This document shows, in pieces, positions 1-13,169 of a stretch of 64,000 nt of DNA. The notes under the pieces are model-generated. The model searched no databases. It saw nothing but the letters and a program-made list of their open reading frames with translations, and was not told the DNA's origin. Origin of the DNA: Octopus vulgaris (Eukaryota). A program made the translations under genes and the position numbers. Each line of letters opens with the position of its first letter. Position 1 is the first letter of the stretch. Where the stretch lies: positions 13,268,001 to 13,332,000 of the forward strand of contig OX597821.1 in NCBI GenBank assembly GCA_951406725.2, read 5' to 3'.

Positions 1-180
1 CGCTTGACAACCGATGCTGGTGTGTTTAAGACGCATCAAAACTTAGCGGTTCGGCCAAAGAAACCGATAGAATAAGTACTAGGCTTACAAAAATAAGTCC
101 CAGGGTCGATTTGCTCGACTAAAGGCGGTGCTCCAGCATGGCCACAGTCAAATGACTGAAACAAGTAAAAGAGTAAAAGA
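1..180 (+). mobile_element. SINE family A (tRNA-derived), 3' half
   Basis: Matches the 3' half of the full copies at 2838, 15945 and 28344 (gaataagtactaggcttac...ggcggtgctccagcatggcc...ctgaaacaagtaaaagagtaaaaga). Confidence 0.85.
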
Positions 181-679
181 GTCATACACTGCGATAAAAG
201 ACAGTGATATACACACGCATTATATATGTAAATACAGAGGAAAACAGAGACAGACATCCACTTTACGTTGTCTTAATCATCAGATTGCGTATGTCTATTA
301 AATGCTTCAATATAACAACATAAACTATACGTATGGTAATATTCCAACGGGCAACACCCATTGAGATAGGCCTTAAGACGCATCAAAACGTGAACACATC
401 TGCGAACACATATACATTCGCGCATGCATACACTCTGACACATTGGCACGTATAGCGAAGCAAAGAGACATACACGCATTTCTTTTCATAATGTCTGACA
501 CATCAAGAAACATTCTCCTATTGAAAACGATACTAACACAATTTCCAATACACATACACACGCACATTTCAATAGACATCGCACACTAACATACGTCAAA
601 CTTATACCCAAACACAAACACCCTCACATACGCAAACACACACATACATACGTACACATATCCCTCCTCTTTCATCGAT

Positions 680-842
680 TACTCTTTCAGTCATTCGGCT
701 GCGGCCATGCTGGGGCACAGCCTTGAAAAGTGTTAGTCGAAAGAATCGTTTTCTTTACATCTGTAATTTATTCCATCGGTATCTTATGCCGAACCACTAC
801 GTTACGGGAACATAAACAAACCGACATCGGCTATCAAGCGTC
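680..842 (-). mobile_element. SINE family A, degenerate 3' fragment
   Basis: tttcagtcattcggctgcggccatgctggggcac...gccgaaccactacgttacggg is the reverse complement of the family A tail. Confidence 0.7.
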
Positions 843-879
843 AGCGGAAGATATGCACAAACACAAAGACTCGTGCGCG

Positions 880-1073
880 TATATACACATACACACACAC
901 AAACAAACACACATACACAGGCGCACACACATACACACACATATACATACATACATACATACATACATACATACATACATACATACATACATACATACAT
1001 ACATACATACATACATACATACATACATACATGCATACATACATATATACTTATATATATATATATGTGTGTA

Positions 1074-1108
<35 letters not shown>
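880..1108. repeat. Compound (CA)n/(CATA)n/(TA)n microsatellite
   Basis: Directly visible tandem repeats; source of the spurious HTYI/MYVC ORFs. Confidence 0.95.
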
Positions 1109-1110
<2 letters not shown>

Positions 1111-1206
1111 CAGGAAGCTTTACGAAAATAAACAAACGACGAAGGCAGGTGGAGTACAAACAAACAATTGTATTAGTATGGCGCTCAGGAATAGAAATAG
1201 AACAAG

Positions 1207-1244
1207 TCTTTTACGTTTCGAGCCTACGCTCTTCAACAGAAAGA
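1207..1244 (-). ncRNA. Minimal type I hammerhead-like motif in a short PLE-like tail repeat
   Basis: Minus strand reads TCTTT-CTGTTGA-A-GAGC(GTAG)GCTC-GAAAC-GTA-AAAGA: 5-bp stem I, 4-bp stem II, minimal stem III; core A6 is U. A related copy lies at 43398. Confidence 0.55.
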
Positions 1245-1359
1245 TACACAGAAAAGAAACACTGAGAGAAACAAGGAGAGAAAAAAATGCGTGCAGGAGC
1301 TAACGAATCAACATGGCGGTCTGATTTCGGCCAGAAGTCAGAGATCAGACGTTAGACGC

Positions 1360-1500
1360 ATATGGCTTGCTTCAGTTTCCGCTTGCCAGATCCACTCACA
1401 ATGCTTTATTCGGCCTGAAGCTAAAGCAGAAGACACTTGCCCAAGGTGCCACGCAGCGAGACTGAGCAAACTTCTTACCTCTCACCTACACCAGTGCCTA
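1360..1500 (-). mobile_element. SINE family A, degenerate 5' fragment
   Basis: ttcagtttccg...ccactcacaa...gaagacacttgcccaaggtgccacgcag matches the family A head/core in reverse. Confidence 0.7.
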
Positions 1501-1769
1501 TTCATATACACACACAGACAATAGTGGTATATACTCGGCCACACACACACACACAAACTTACTCACTCTCGCACGCACATATGCACAGAAATTCTAGCAT
1601 CTCGTCAATGTGCCAACCACGCACACAAGCATGTTTATATACGCAGGGACACAGACAAGGGTACACATTCAACTACATACAGACCCCACACACACGCGCG
1701 CACATATTCACAAACCATAGGACATACAAATCGTGACATCTCGACAATATACCAGCTCCACACTCACAC

Positions 1770-1827
<58 letters not shown>

Positions 1828-2075
1828 GAAAAGACAGAAAAAAGAAAGAGAGAAAGAAAGAAATACAGAGAGAAAGGAAAAGAAAGAAAGAAAGAAAGAA
1901 ATACAGAAAGAAAGGAAAAGAAAGAAAGAAAGAAAGAAAGAAATACAGAACGAAAGAAAGGAAAAGAAAGAAATAAAGAAAGAAAGAAACAAACAAACAA
2001 ACAAAGAAACAAAAAAGAAAAAGAAAGAAACAAAAAGGAGGAAAGAAAGCAAAAGGTGGAAAGAAAGAAAGAGAA
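1770..2075. repeat. (GAAA)n-based polypurine tract
   Basis: About 300 bp of GAAA-type repeats. Confidence 0.95.
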
Positions 2076-2837
2076 CACATAAACAAACAAATATTCATAT
2101 AAACATCACTTTGTCCCGCCACATCAGTGTGAAGGCTGGAGATTTACAACGAATTTCAAGCAAGTGCAATTTACCTTTAAAAGCATTTCCGGCGTTGAAT
2201 ATGTGAGCGCATGAGAAATCTAACCATTAACCATCGCAGCCGAAATCTAAGCAGGTTTGTTCTTTAGTTAACGCCATCTTGGAATATTCTGATAATAAAT
2301 AAACACATGCAAAATAGAATAAAACAAGAGGTGAACATATCAATAATTCATTGTTTGTTGGTAATTTTTTTTTTTGTGTTTTTAACACCTCTTATTTTAT
2401 GAAATTGATTTTACTAAAAGACTTTTGTATGAGTTGAATATAAAATTTAGTAAGGAAAAACCACTTTGTTGTTCTCTTGTATGTTTTTTCAATATTTCTA
2501 ACGTTTGTGAAAGTGTTTTATGGTTTATGCTTTTCAAATTTTGTGAGATAGTGTTGTGGTCTGTGGACTAGCATCTGCTTTTTTATTATTCTTTTTTTTT
2601 TCATGTCTGTATATGTTGTTGTTTTTTTTATATGTCATGCATTTTATTAGGTGTTTTCTTTTACTGCTGTAGTGACTACGCATGCGCATTTGCATCTAAT
2701 TTGATACTGCTATGGTGTGATTGTCGTTCGTTTTACTTTGCTGTATGTAGCTGCGTGTATCACAAACTGCATATGCGTATAAACATATGCATATCTCTGT
2801 GAGTCTGTATATGTATGTATAAAGACATATACATATA

Positions 2838-3245
2838 GGCACAGGAGTAGCTGTGTAGTAAGTAGCTTGCTTACCAACCACATGGTTCTGGGTTCATTCC
2901 CACTGCGTGGCACCTTTGGCGACTGTCTTCTACTATAGCCTCGAGCCGACCGAAGACCAGTGAGTGAATGAATTTGGTAGAAGTAAACTGAAAGAAGCCC
3001 GTCGTATATATGTATATGTGTGCGTATGTACGTGTGCATGTATTTGTGTGTCTGTGTTTGTCCCCAACCATCGCTTCCCAACCGATGCTGGTGTGTTTAC
3101 GTCCCCGTAATTTAGCCGTTCGGCAAAAGAAACCGATAGAATAAATACTACGCTTACAAAGAATAAGTCCTGGGGTCGATTTGCTCGACTAAATGCAGTG
3201 CTCCAGCATAGCCACAGTCAAATGACAGAAACAAGTAAAGAGTAA
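2838..3245 (+). mobile_element. SINE family A, full length
   Basis: tRNA-like head with A box (tagctgtgtag) and B box (ggttcattccc), internal (TA/TG) microsatellite and the family 3' tail; many near-identical copies in the window. Confidence 0.9.
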
Positions 3246-3399
3246 CATATATATATATATATATATATATGCGTGTGTGTGTGTGTGTGTGTGTATGTAT
3301 ATATATATATATATATATATAGTAGTAGTAGTAGTAACAGAAAAGAGGAATTTCGATTATCCCCACGTAGTCAGTTGTAATGTATATAAGAAATTAAAA

Positions 3400-4940
3400 A
3401 AGGAAAATACCCACACTTACATAGTTTTAATATAATTTTTTATATATCGACTGGTTTCGCTATCGCTATTCATGATATTATGTTTTACTTTTTTGAATAT
3501 ATATTTTCTCTTAAGAAGGAATTTTGTCCATGTTGTGTGTAATGAAATTCACGAGTGAATGACTTCACATGTAGATAAATAAAGGGAGGTAATTGGTTGT
3601 CGTTATTATTGTTATTGTTGTGAGTAAGGGAGATAACTGATCAGCTTTCGATAATGGGTGGGGATTACATGTGTACAGACAGAGATAAGTTTCAAAAACC
3701 TTGTTTAGTAGGGGATTTATGTACAGTGATGTAATCGTGAACTGAAATATGTAAAATGATAAAAGTTGGGTTATGCGTGCATATTAAGACGTGTTTTGTA
3801 TTTTTCAATGAAAAAAGTTTATTTATTTAAACGTTCTAGTTGAGAGATTGCGTCTTTACACTGGTTGAAAGGGAAGACTGGGAAATTTGGTTTGATGTTA
3901 CCTGCACATTTTTCTATATGTTCACTGAGAGGAATTTGTCTGTATTGCGGGAAACAGATTTGCTCTTTATGTAGAGTTCTCTTTCTCAAGGTCATACTCG
4001 TTTGTCCAATATAGTGGTGTCCGGGCAGGTTATTACATAAATTAGGTTCTCAGAGGCACAAGTGAAACTAGTTTTAATTGTGAACCTTTGTCCTTGTTTG
4101 AAACGGAAATCCGAGCCTTCAAGCAGGTTAAGGCGATTTGTTTTGTTTTTTGCATTTGATGAGTTTGTGTGTTTTCAGGATGTCGTTCATTTTTGGATCT
4201 CTAGTTAGTAAAGGGAGAGTTTGCACAATAGTGTTGAATGCCTCACTGTTTCTGGGGTTGTGTGTTGATATCAATAGTAATGTTTTGAGGTGTGGCGTTA
4301 TGTTTTGTTATTCTTGGTGTTTTTGTGTCTAATTGTTTGGCACGTTTAATTCCCTCGTTGATAAGTGAGGGTGGATATTGTCTTTCAATGAGTGTTGTTT
4401 TGAGGACTTGAAGACGAAAGTCCCGAGTTGTTCTATCAGGCACTATTGTGCAGATCCTTTTTGCTAAATTGAAAGGGATGTTTATTTTGATGTGTTTCGG
4501 GTGGCATGAGTTAAAGAGAAGATATTGTTTTGAATCAGTTGGTTTATAATAAATGTCAGTTATGATTTCATTGTTAACTTTTTTTATCATGATGTCTAAA
4601 AATGGGAGTTGTTCTTTGTTATATTCCATTGTGAATTGAATGTTACTATTTATGTCATTTAGCGTTGATTTGAAATCCAAATGTTTGTCGATGTTCTCCT
4701 TCCAGATGATAAAGCAGACATCTAGATATCTCTTCCGATTTTCTCTAATGTAGAGGTAAAATGGGAAACCATATTTATGAAGTGATACTTCATATAAGGT
4801 GAATTCAAAATAACCCATTATTAGGTTCGCAAGAAGAGGATATGCTTTCGTCCCCATCGCAATTCCGCATTTCTGACGATAGGATGTGTCATCAAATAGG
4901 AAATACTTGTTCTGTAGTATAAATTTTAAGGATTCCATAA
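3400..4940 (-). mobile_element. Penelope-like element, 5'-truncated and degraded (RT C-terminus, GIY-YIG endonuclease, 3' tail)
   Basis: ORF 4243-4938 has PLE RT motifs (YRQKCGIAMGT, RYLDVCF, NIQFTME, LPFLD, YYKPTD, SCHPKH). The frameshifted downstream region reads FTCASENLIYVITCP..YIGQT (GIY-YIG). A decayed hammerhead remnant (gaaaccagtc) lies near 3445. Confidence 0.88.
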
Positions 4941-4959
4941 TAAAGATCTAATATATAAT

Positions 4960-5220
4960 TAACAGAATGAGATAAAAATCCAAGGTTGTGAAAGGTTTCA
5001 GAACATTTATAAAGAGAAGGTCTTACATCTGTTTCTGAGATATTTTGTATATCCTTTCATCGGAGACGGTGCTAGAAAATGGTTAAGCAATAGTTATTCT
5101 AGAGAAGATATGAAATAGAGAGTAAAGATGAGAAATGAAAGCAGACGGGAGATATCCAGGGATATTGTATTTGCAGTTCCATTATTTAAGCAGAATGGTA
5201 TACACATAAGTTTCTTTACC
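4960..5220 (-). mobile_element. PLE-like terminal repeat fragment with hammerhead motif
   Basis: Homologous to 47045-47205 and contains the hammerhead motif at 5020-5067. Confidence 0.6.
5020..5067 (-). ncRNA. Type I hammerhead-like motif (U4C variant)
   Basis: GTCT-CCGATGA-AAGGATAT(ACAAA)ATATCTCA-GAAAC-AGAT-GTA-AGAC; stem I is GTCT/AGAC. Confidence 0.55.
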
Positions 5221-5231
5221 TGTGTGTAAGT

Positions 5232-5280
<49 letters not shown>

Positions 5281-5287
5281 CATATAC

Positions 5288-5355
<68 letters not shown>

Positions 5356-5356
5356 T

Positions 5357-5461
5357 CAACTTATAAACAAGGGCAAAAGAAAAAATTCTAATGCCAAATA
5401 TGCCGAAAATAGACATTATTTGGCATTAGGATTTTTCTCTTTTGCCCTTGTTTATAAGTTG
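5357..5461. repeat. Near-perfect inverted repeat (~44-bp arms, ~16-nt loop)
   Basis: caacttataaacaagggcaaaagaaaaaattctaatgccaaata ... tatttggcattaggatttttctcttttgcccttgtttataagttg. Confidence 0.9.
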
Positions 5462-5512
5462 TTTATAAATTTAACTTTTAAAGGTATTTTTTAATATGCT
5501 GCTCATTTTATC

Positions 5513-5546
<34 letters not shown>

Positions 5547-5634
5547 ATGTGTGTGTGTGTATATATATATATATGTGTATATGTGTGTGTAAGTTATAAA
5601 TATATTTATGTATGTGTGTGTGTATGTGCATGTA

Positions 5635-5752
5635 TACGATAGGCTTCTTTCTGTTTCCGTCCTCCAAATCTATTCACAAGCCTTTGATCGGCAAGAGGCC
5701 ATAGTGGAAAACACTTGCAGAAGATGCCACGCAATGAAGCTGAACCCTGAAT
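5635..5752 (-). mobile_element. SINE family A, 5' fragment
   Basis: Reverse match to the family A core. Confidence 0.7.
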
Positions 5753-5829
5753 ATACTTCCGACATATGTTTCGTAGAAAACATTGATATTATTCCAGAGG
5801 GAATAAAATGATGTAAAACAATGCGATCT

Positions 5830-6100
5830 TTTCATCAGGGGGAAAAGAGAAACAAAGCACATCATAAGCCATTTCAACCGAATGTGATGACTGCGTATAC
5901 TGATGATCTCTTTTTGGATCGATTTCCAGTCTGAGTTGTGGAAGTTCAGATTTGAGAGATTTTGGGTGCCGCCTTTTGGCTGTATGTCTCTGGTTTTGGT
6001 CCATACATAGACAGCTCTATTATGTTGTGATCCAAAACTAGTGTCGGCGTCACTTTCACATCATGAACGATGTCCATATTATTTGCGAAGCAGAGATCCA
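5830..6100 (-). mobile_element. CR1-group LINE fragment (end of APE endonuclease domain)
   Basis: [32 protein letters not shown] resembles the LDL.F.N...SDH..I end of APE-type LINE endonucleases. Confidence 0.6.
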
Positions 6101-6126
6101 TACATACACACATGCACACACACATG

Positions 6127-6201
<75 letters not shown>

Positions 6202-7344
6202 ATATATATATGTGTATATATATATATATATATGTGTATGTATGTATGTATGTATTCGTAGAAATATATATACATATAAATATATGTCAATGTATGAATG
6301 TATGCATGCATGTATATATCTCTTGTGTGCTGATATAGATTAATAAGTACCTTTTGCATGTATACGAGTAGTCAGAGACCTTTAATAAATATTTATATAT
6401 GTGTTGATCTATACATTTTTATGTATCTGTATGTGCGTCTTCATATGCGCACGCGTGTCTCTTAAACTGTGTCAGTCCGTGACTCGGCGTAATGGTGAAT
6501 GCGTGAGTGAGTGTGTGTATGTTGATGTGTGTGCTTTGTGCTGCCTGCTGAAAGCCGGTTTCTAGTGAAGTCACTCAAATTAAGGTCTGTATTAAGAGCT
6601 TCTCTCAAATGACCAGGAAGAGAACTTTATAAATCATCTCACTTGCTTCAGTATCTAATCAGAGCATTATTGTTTTACAGAATTTATAATTTAGTTTTGG
6701 TTGTAGATTGAATTCTTGCCGTGTTGACTATGATTTTTACATGTCCAAAGAAATTAAACATATTCTGTAAAAATATAACTATATGTCAAGCTAAGCCGAT
6801 ATAAATGTTCTTACTGTTTACCCATAGGAGATTCGTGAACAAAGAAACCTAAGATCAAAACAGTTCAAGCTGTTATCTCCTCCTGTTTGTTTTTAAGGTA
6901 TTTTATATTTCTGACTATAACATTCTATGTCTCTTGTCTTTTTTAAATGGTAGAGAGCTCGCGAGGAAATTTTAGCTGTTGTTTCTCCCTGATTGCATAA
7001 CTATATGTTACTCCATTGTTAACTCGAAGCAATTAATCTCCAATCTGACGTGGGATGGCAGACCGACGAATGGGTGGTTGTTTTTATGAAGTTAAGCAGT
7101 ATTAGCATTACAAACTCCAATTTCTCAACACACCACAGGTAGCACACGATTCTTAACTTATCCTAAATTAAATTATCGCTTTCAAAGCCACTTAATATTG
7201 AATAAATTTGAGCAGCATTATAGAGACCCTACCCTAAATTAACAGATATAATTTACACACCTTGACAAATGGAAATAATAATAATAATAAAAATAATAAT
7301 AATAACAACAACAACAACAACAACGACAACAATAATAATAATGA

Positions 7345-8782
7345 TAATAAACGGATTAAACACTACCGACAAAACCGATTGTTTAAAATCATCCAGAAAA
7401 TATTTCATCAAGAAATTAACGATAATTTAATATGCGAAAAATTAGTTCCTGATGCAGATGAAAATCGACAGTTTGTGAGTGAGATATGGAGTAAGCAAGA
7501 ACAACATAATACTGGAGCTGAATGGCTTTGCAGTCTGAAGGAAACAGCTTTTTATGCGCAACAAGGGGTTATCCTCTTTACCGAATCATATCAGTAATAT
7601 GAGCTAAAAGATGAGCAATTGAAATGTAGCAGGACCTGATGGTATTCAGGAACTTTTGATTAAAAAAAAGTTCAGTGGATGCCGTAAATGGAGGCATTGA
7701 TTGATGGAGTGGAAGTAATTCCAGGGTTGTTGATCAAAGGACGAATGGTTTTATGTTTAAAGGACGTATCGAAGGAAATGCTGTAAACAATTGCAAGCTT
7801 ATTTGTTACCTTCCATTAATGAGGAAGTTAGTCAGAAGGGGTTGTAGAAGAAGTGTACAATTTTTTTATGATAATGAATTTTTGCCAATGGAACATAAAT
7901 GGTTGTAAGATGAAATGCAGAGGTGCTAAACACTAATTATTGATAAACAAAATGGTAATGCAAGATTATCAGCGAACGACAAATTTGGGAATGACCAAGC
8001 TTGCTTACCGCACTGCTCAGGATATGATTCCACATTCGTGGATCGTTGAGCACTTAAATATGTTTGAAATTGCAACGAATGTAACTTGTTTTCTAAATAG
8101 AAGTTTGTGGTTTGGGGAAACTGAGTTGACATCGTATGGATAAAGCTTGGGCACTCGGGGCTTCAAGACAGAATTTTCCTAAAGATAGCTCATCTCTGTT
8201 GTTTTTTGTACTTTGCATCATCCCTTTGACCCAGGTGTTGAGCCAAGTGAACCTGAGATCAGTTGGACGGGAAGATACAAAGAATCACTCATCTTCTCAT
8301 GGATGATTTGAAACTGTATGGCGATAATGAGGTTCAAGTGAATTCCTTGGGAAAAAATTGTCCTCTGTTTTAGTGTTGATATTAAGATGGAAATCAGACT
8401 CAGAAGTGTGGAGTAATGAGTCTGGAATGAGGCAAGGTATTACAATCTCTGGCAGGGATAGAATTACCAGATGGAGAAATGATGAAACAAATTTAAAAGG
8501 AAGGCTATAAGTACCTTGTCATACGTACCTTGTTCAAATAGTTCAATACTAGAGACGGAAATGAAAGAACAGCTGAAGAAAAAGTATTTACAAAGATTAC
8601 GATTGGTGCTGCGCTCAATATTGACTGGATGGAATTATTGCCAAGCAGTAAATCCGATAGCATCGCTTCGGCATAGAGTTGCAATCATAAAATGGCAAGA
8701 GAATGAACTGATGAGTATAGATACGAAGACATGTAGAATATTGGCACCCACGGAGCTTCCAATCCCAAGAGTGACACTCTAA
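7345..8782 (+). mobile_element. R4/Dong-type RLE LINE fragment, degraded RT
   Basis: RIKHYRQNRLF..., AGPDGIQ, AQDMIPHSWIVEHL, LMDDLKLYG and KYLQRLRLVLRSIL in broken frames; homologous to the 29.3-33.4 kb element; flanked by (AAT)n/(ATT)n. Confidence 0.8.
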
Positions 8783-8784
8783 CA

Positions 8785-8785
8785 A

Positions 8786-8848
<63 letters not shown>

Positions 8849-8907
8849 CATTATAAATAATAATAATAATAATGATAATAATGATAATAATAATAGTAAT
8901 AACAATG

Positions 8908-8956
<49 letters not shown>

Positions 8957-8962
8957 TAATAA
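8785..8962. repeat. (ATT)n followed by (AAT)n microsatellite
   Basis: Directly visible; the repeat polarity switches near 8853. Confidence 0.9.
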
Positions 8963-9180
8963 TATTTGTAAATATAATTGCATTAACAGAAAGAATTATA
9001 CTTATTGTAGAACGAATGAGGGCAATACAAACAGACACCGCAATGGCGCCAGTGTTACGAATAATGAGATCGATAATCCATGCATGGTGAGTAAATATGA
9101 AAAAATATATATACAGACGAGAACGTGGACAAACATGATAAACTCTCTGAGAACAAGACTTCTACTCACTCTGCTGCAAC

Positions 9181-9440
<260 letters not shown>

Positions 9441-9444
9441 AATC

Positions 9445-9660
9445 CCTTCTATACTAGGCACAAGGCCTGGAATTTGTGAGGAGCGGGATAGTTGATTATA
9501 TCGACCCCAGTACGTAACTGGTACTTAATTTATCGACTCCGAAAGTATGAAACGAAAAGTCATGCTCGGTGAAATTTGAACTCAGAATGTAAAGACGGAC
9601 GAAATGCCGTTATGCATTTTGTCCGTCGTGCTAACAATTCTGCCAGCTCCCCGCCCTAAG
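9445..9660 (-). mobile_element. SINE family B
   Basis: Reverse of the family B sequence (ggcggcgagctggcagaa...ttctgagttcaaatt...tcgataaattaagtaccag) seen intact at 26309. Confidence 0.8.
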
Positions 9661-9670
9661 GATAATAATT

Positions 9671-9731
<61 letters not shown>

Positions 9732-9841
9732 TAATAATAAAGATAATAATGATGATAATAGTAATAAAAATAATATGACGAAGAAGAAGAAGAAGAAGAA
9801 GAAGAAGAAGAAGAAGAAGAAGAAGAAGAAGAAGAAGAAGA

Positions 9842-9932
9842 AGATCACAGCAAACCACAACACATACCCAAGGCACACAGAGCTGCGCTCGGTAGTGAAG
9901 TGAAAGCACGTTATAAAAATAAAACTACTGAA
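9842..9932 (+). mobile_element. Probable 3' tail of a 5'-truncated R4/Dong-type element in a TAA array
   Basis: Short unique segment ending in an A-rich stretch then (AAT)n, embedded in trinucleotide repeats. Confidence 0.4.
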
Positions 9933-9945
9933 TAATAATAATGAT

Positions 9946-10001
<56 letters not shown>

Positions 10002-10014
10002 TAATAATAATAAT

Positions 10015-10170
10015 TGTTTCAAATTTTGTCACAAGGGCAGCCATTTTGGTGGTGGTGATAAGTCAATTACGTCGACCTCGGTGGAATTTCAACTAAGAAC
10101 GTAGCCACGGGTGAACACCGCTAAGCATTTCGACCAGCGTGCTAACAATTCTGCCAGATCGCCGACTTAG
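10015..10170 (-). mobile_element. SINE family B, internally deleted
   Basis: tttcaaattttgtcacaaggg...gtcgacctcggtggaattt...gctaacaattctgccag matches family B in reverse. Confidence 0.7.
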
Positions 10171-10180
10171 AGATAATAAT

Positions 10181-10318
<138 letters not shown>

Positions 10319-10374
10319 TTAACTTAAAAAAAATGAACAAACTATTGAGTTTAGTCTAATGGCCTACCAATGTA

Positions 10375-10456
10375 TACTATGAGTTTCTTTGCCCTAGGAG
10401 TCGGGAAGACACTCGGCAAGAAATGGAAGCAAATTTGAAAGAAGAAAAAAAAATAA

Positions 10457-10460
<4 letters not shown>
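10375..10460 (+). mobile_element. Probable R4/Dong-type 3' tail
   Basis: ccctaggagtcgggaagacactcggc resembles cttgaggtctctgggtgagacttgg in the 3' UTR of the 29.3 kb Dong element and is followed by (AAT)n. Confidence 0.45.
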
Positions 10461-10522
<62 letters not shown>

Positions 10523-10523
<1 letters not shown>

Positions 10524-11035
10524 GGAGTTTGGACTCTCAAAATGTGTTACGATGGTGATGAGATGAAGTAAGATTGCCAACACAGAAGGCAAATGGTTGC
10601 CAAGTGGTGAAATGATGAAAGCAATCCAGTTATAAATACCTGGGAATATTTGAGGTAGATGAAACCAAACACCATGACAGGAAGGAAAGAAGAAAAAGAG
10701 GGTACCTACGGCGAGTGAGAAAAATATTGTCTTTAACGCTGAATGCTAGAAACATAATTTCGGCAATGAATTCTCGCGCAGTCGTAGTAGTCCGGTATAG
10801 CGCTGGAATCCTGAAGTGGACAGAAGAGAAGCTAAAGGAAATGGACAGGAAGTCAAGAAAGCTCCAAACGATGCATGGAGTCCGTCATTCATGTGCAGAC
10901 ACTGATCGCCTATACATGAAGAGAGCAAATGGAGGAAGGGGACTGATAAGTGTGGAAGACTGTTTGTGTATCGAACTCGAGAGTTTAACGAGATACCTCG
11001 ACCAAAGTAAGGAAGATAGAGCTCTCTGTACCTGA
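10523..11035 (+). mobile_element. R4/Dong-type RT C-terminal fragment
   Basis: EFGLSKC, YKYLGI, RKILSLTLNARNIISAMNSRAV and ADTDRLYMKRANGGRGLISVED; begins directly after (AAT)n. Confidence 0.85.
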
Positions 11036-11303
11036 ATAATGTTATAAGTATTTTGAAAACTATTCGCTTTCAATGATGAAATATTAACTTCTTAGACACT
11101 AAATATTTTACGACTAAATAAATAATACACACGCACACACACACACACACACATTCACACACACACACATATATATATGTGTGTCATTCTTGTTGCTTAT
11201 TTTGATTATAATCACCCCACGGATTTTTATGGATAACACCATACAAAATTCTGGTGCACCTAAATTAAGTACCATATTCATTTGAATCTAAATTTTTGTT
11301 GAA

Positions 11304-11792
<489 letters not shown>

Positions 11793-12211
11793 GATAAGTA
11801 TTATAAAGAAGAATCTGAAAACAGATTTTTTTCAACAAAATCACCTGAAATTATTTTGGAGTCTGCCCACTTTCAATGATTAAAACTCCTGCAATGACCA
11901 TCGACACCGCGATTCTTCATGTAGTTCTGAGTTAAGCATTGAGCAGTGCCTGGTACTTTACTAAAAGAATAGTACAATAATAAAAGACTTCTGTATTAAT
12001 AAAAGACACAACACTTGTTCAATGACTGAATACGCAAGCAATCCTGTAATGACTTTGGACACTGCCCTCTTTCACAAACTAAATACTCAAGTATGCCTCT
12101 TGAACACGAGTCGCTGTAGACTTTCATTGACTGTAAATATCTTAAGTATTGCTCTGTTTTAATAATGAACTAATCCTTTCAAAAGTTCTACTTTTTCCGT
12201 TGTCGTCTTGT

Positions 12212-12234
12212 ACTCTCTCTCTCTCTCTCTCTTA

Positions 12235-12271
<37 letters not shown>

Positions 12272-12422
12272 CCTTTCTTTCTCTCTCTCTCTCTCTCTCT
12301 ATCATTCTCTCTCTCTCTCTCTCATTCTCTCTCTCTCTCTCCTATCCTTTCTCTCTCTCTCTCTCTTATCCTTTCTCTCTCTCTCTCTCTCTCTCATTCT
12401 TTCTCTCTCTCTCTCTCCCTCT
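12212..12422. repeat. (CT)n polypyrimidine tract with recurring tatcctt interruptions
   Basis: Directly visible. Confidence 0.9.
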
Positions 12423-13169
12423 TAGTTTTGGCTCTCTTCTTTCTCTCTCCATCCATTTCCATTTATCATTTTATTGCTTTCTTGTTACTCATGATCACTT
12501 CCTCTGTTCCTTTTCTTTTCAATTTCCCGTTCTCTTGGAATTCACATTACTTTAAATTCGATCTCAGGATGCGTAGGTACGTTCAGATTTACAAATACAC
12601 GCATATTTTACATTATATATCAGCAAATACATATACACATGTATGTATATGTGTGTGTGTGTGTGTGTATTATTTGCATTCGGTTCTATGTTTCCCGTTC
12701 CACTCCCCCACCTCTCTCTAACTCCCTCCCACCCTCTCTAACTCCTTCCCACCCTCTCTCTCTCTCCCTCTCCCTCCCTCTCTCTCTTTCTCTCTCCCAT
12801 TAAATTTGCTCTTTCTTTACACTGAACTCATATGTTGTCTTTAAAATGTGTCTTCAATGAACCATTATCACCAACCACTTGAAAAACCCTACTTGACGAT
12901 CCAGTCTAATAGAAACATTAATTGAAACTTAAAGTATTCATAACTTCTATCTTGTTTAAAGTGTAGTAGTTCCTACAAAGATGAAGTGTAGGCCGCCGTG
13001 GTGAAGTACCAGCATCAATTAGTTGACCTCACACTCATTTCCTCAGTACATGTCGTTCTGATTTTTCAAATTGCGACTAAATATCAAAATTCTGGTATAA
13101 TGTTTTTCATTGCTCACGTTCCAGTAACATAATCTGTCAGTGATTCATTTATTCCATTCTATTTAGTAA

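Noticed and set aside
2838-2910. tRNA gene calls for A/B-box regions (also 25050, 49736 and others)
   Set aside because: They continue into SINE bodies and occur in several copies, so they are tRNA-derived heads rather than tRNA genes.
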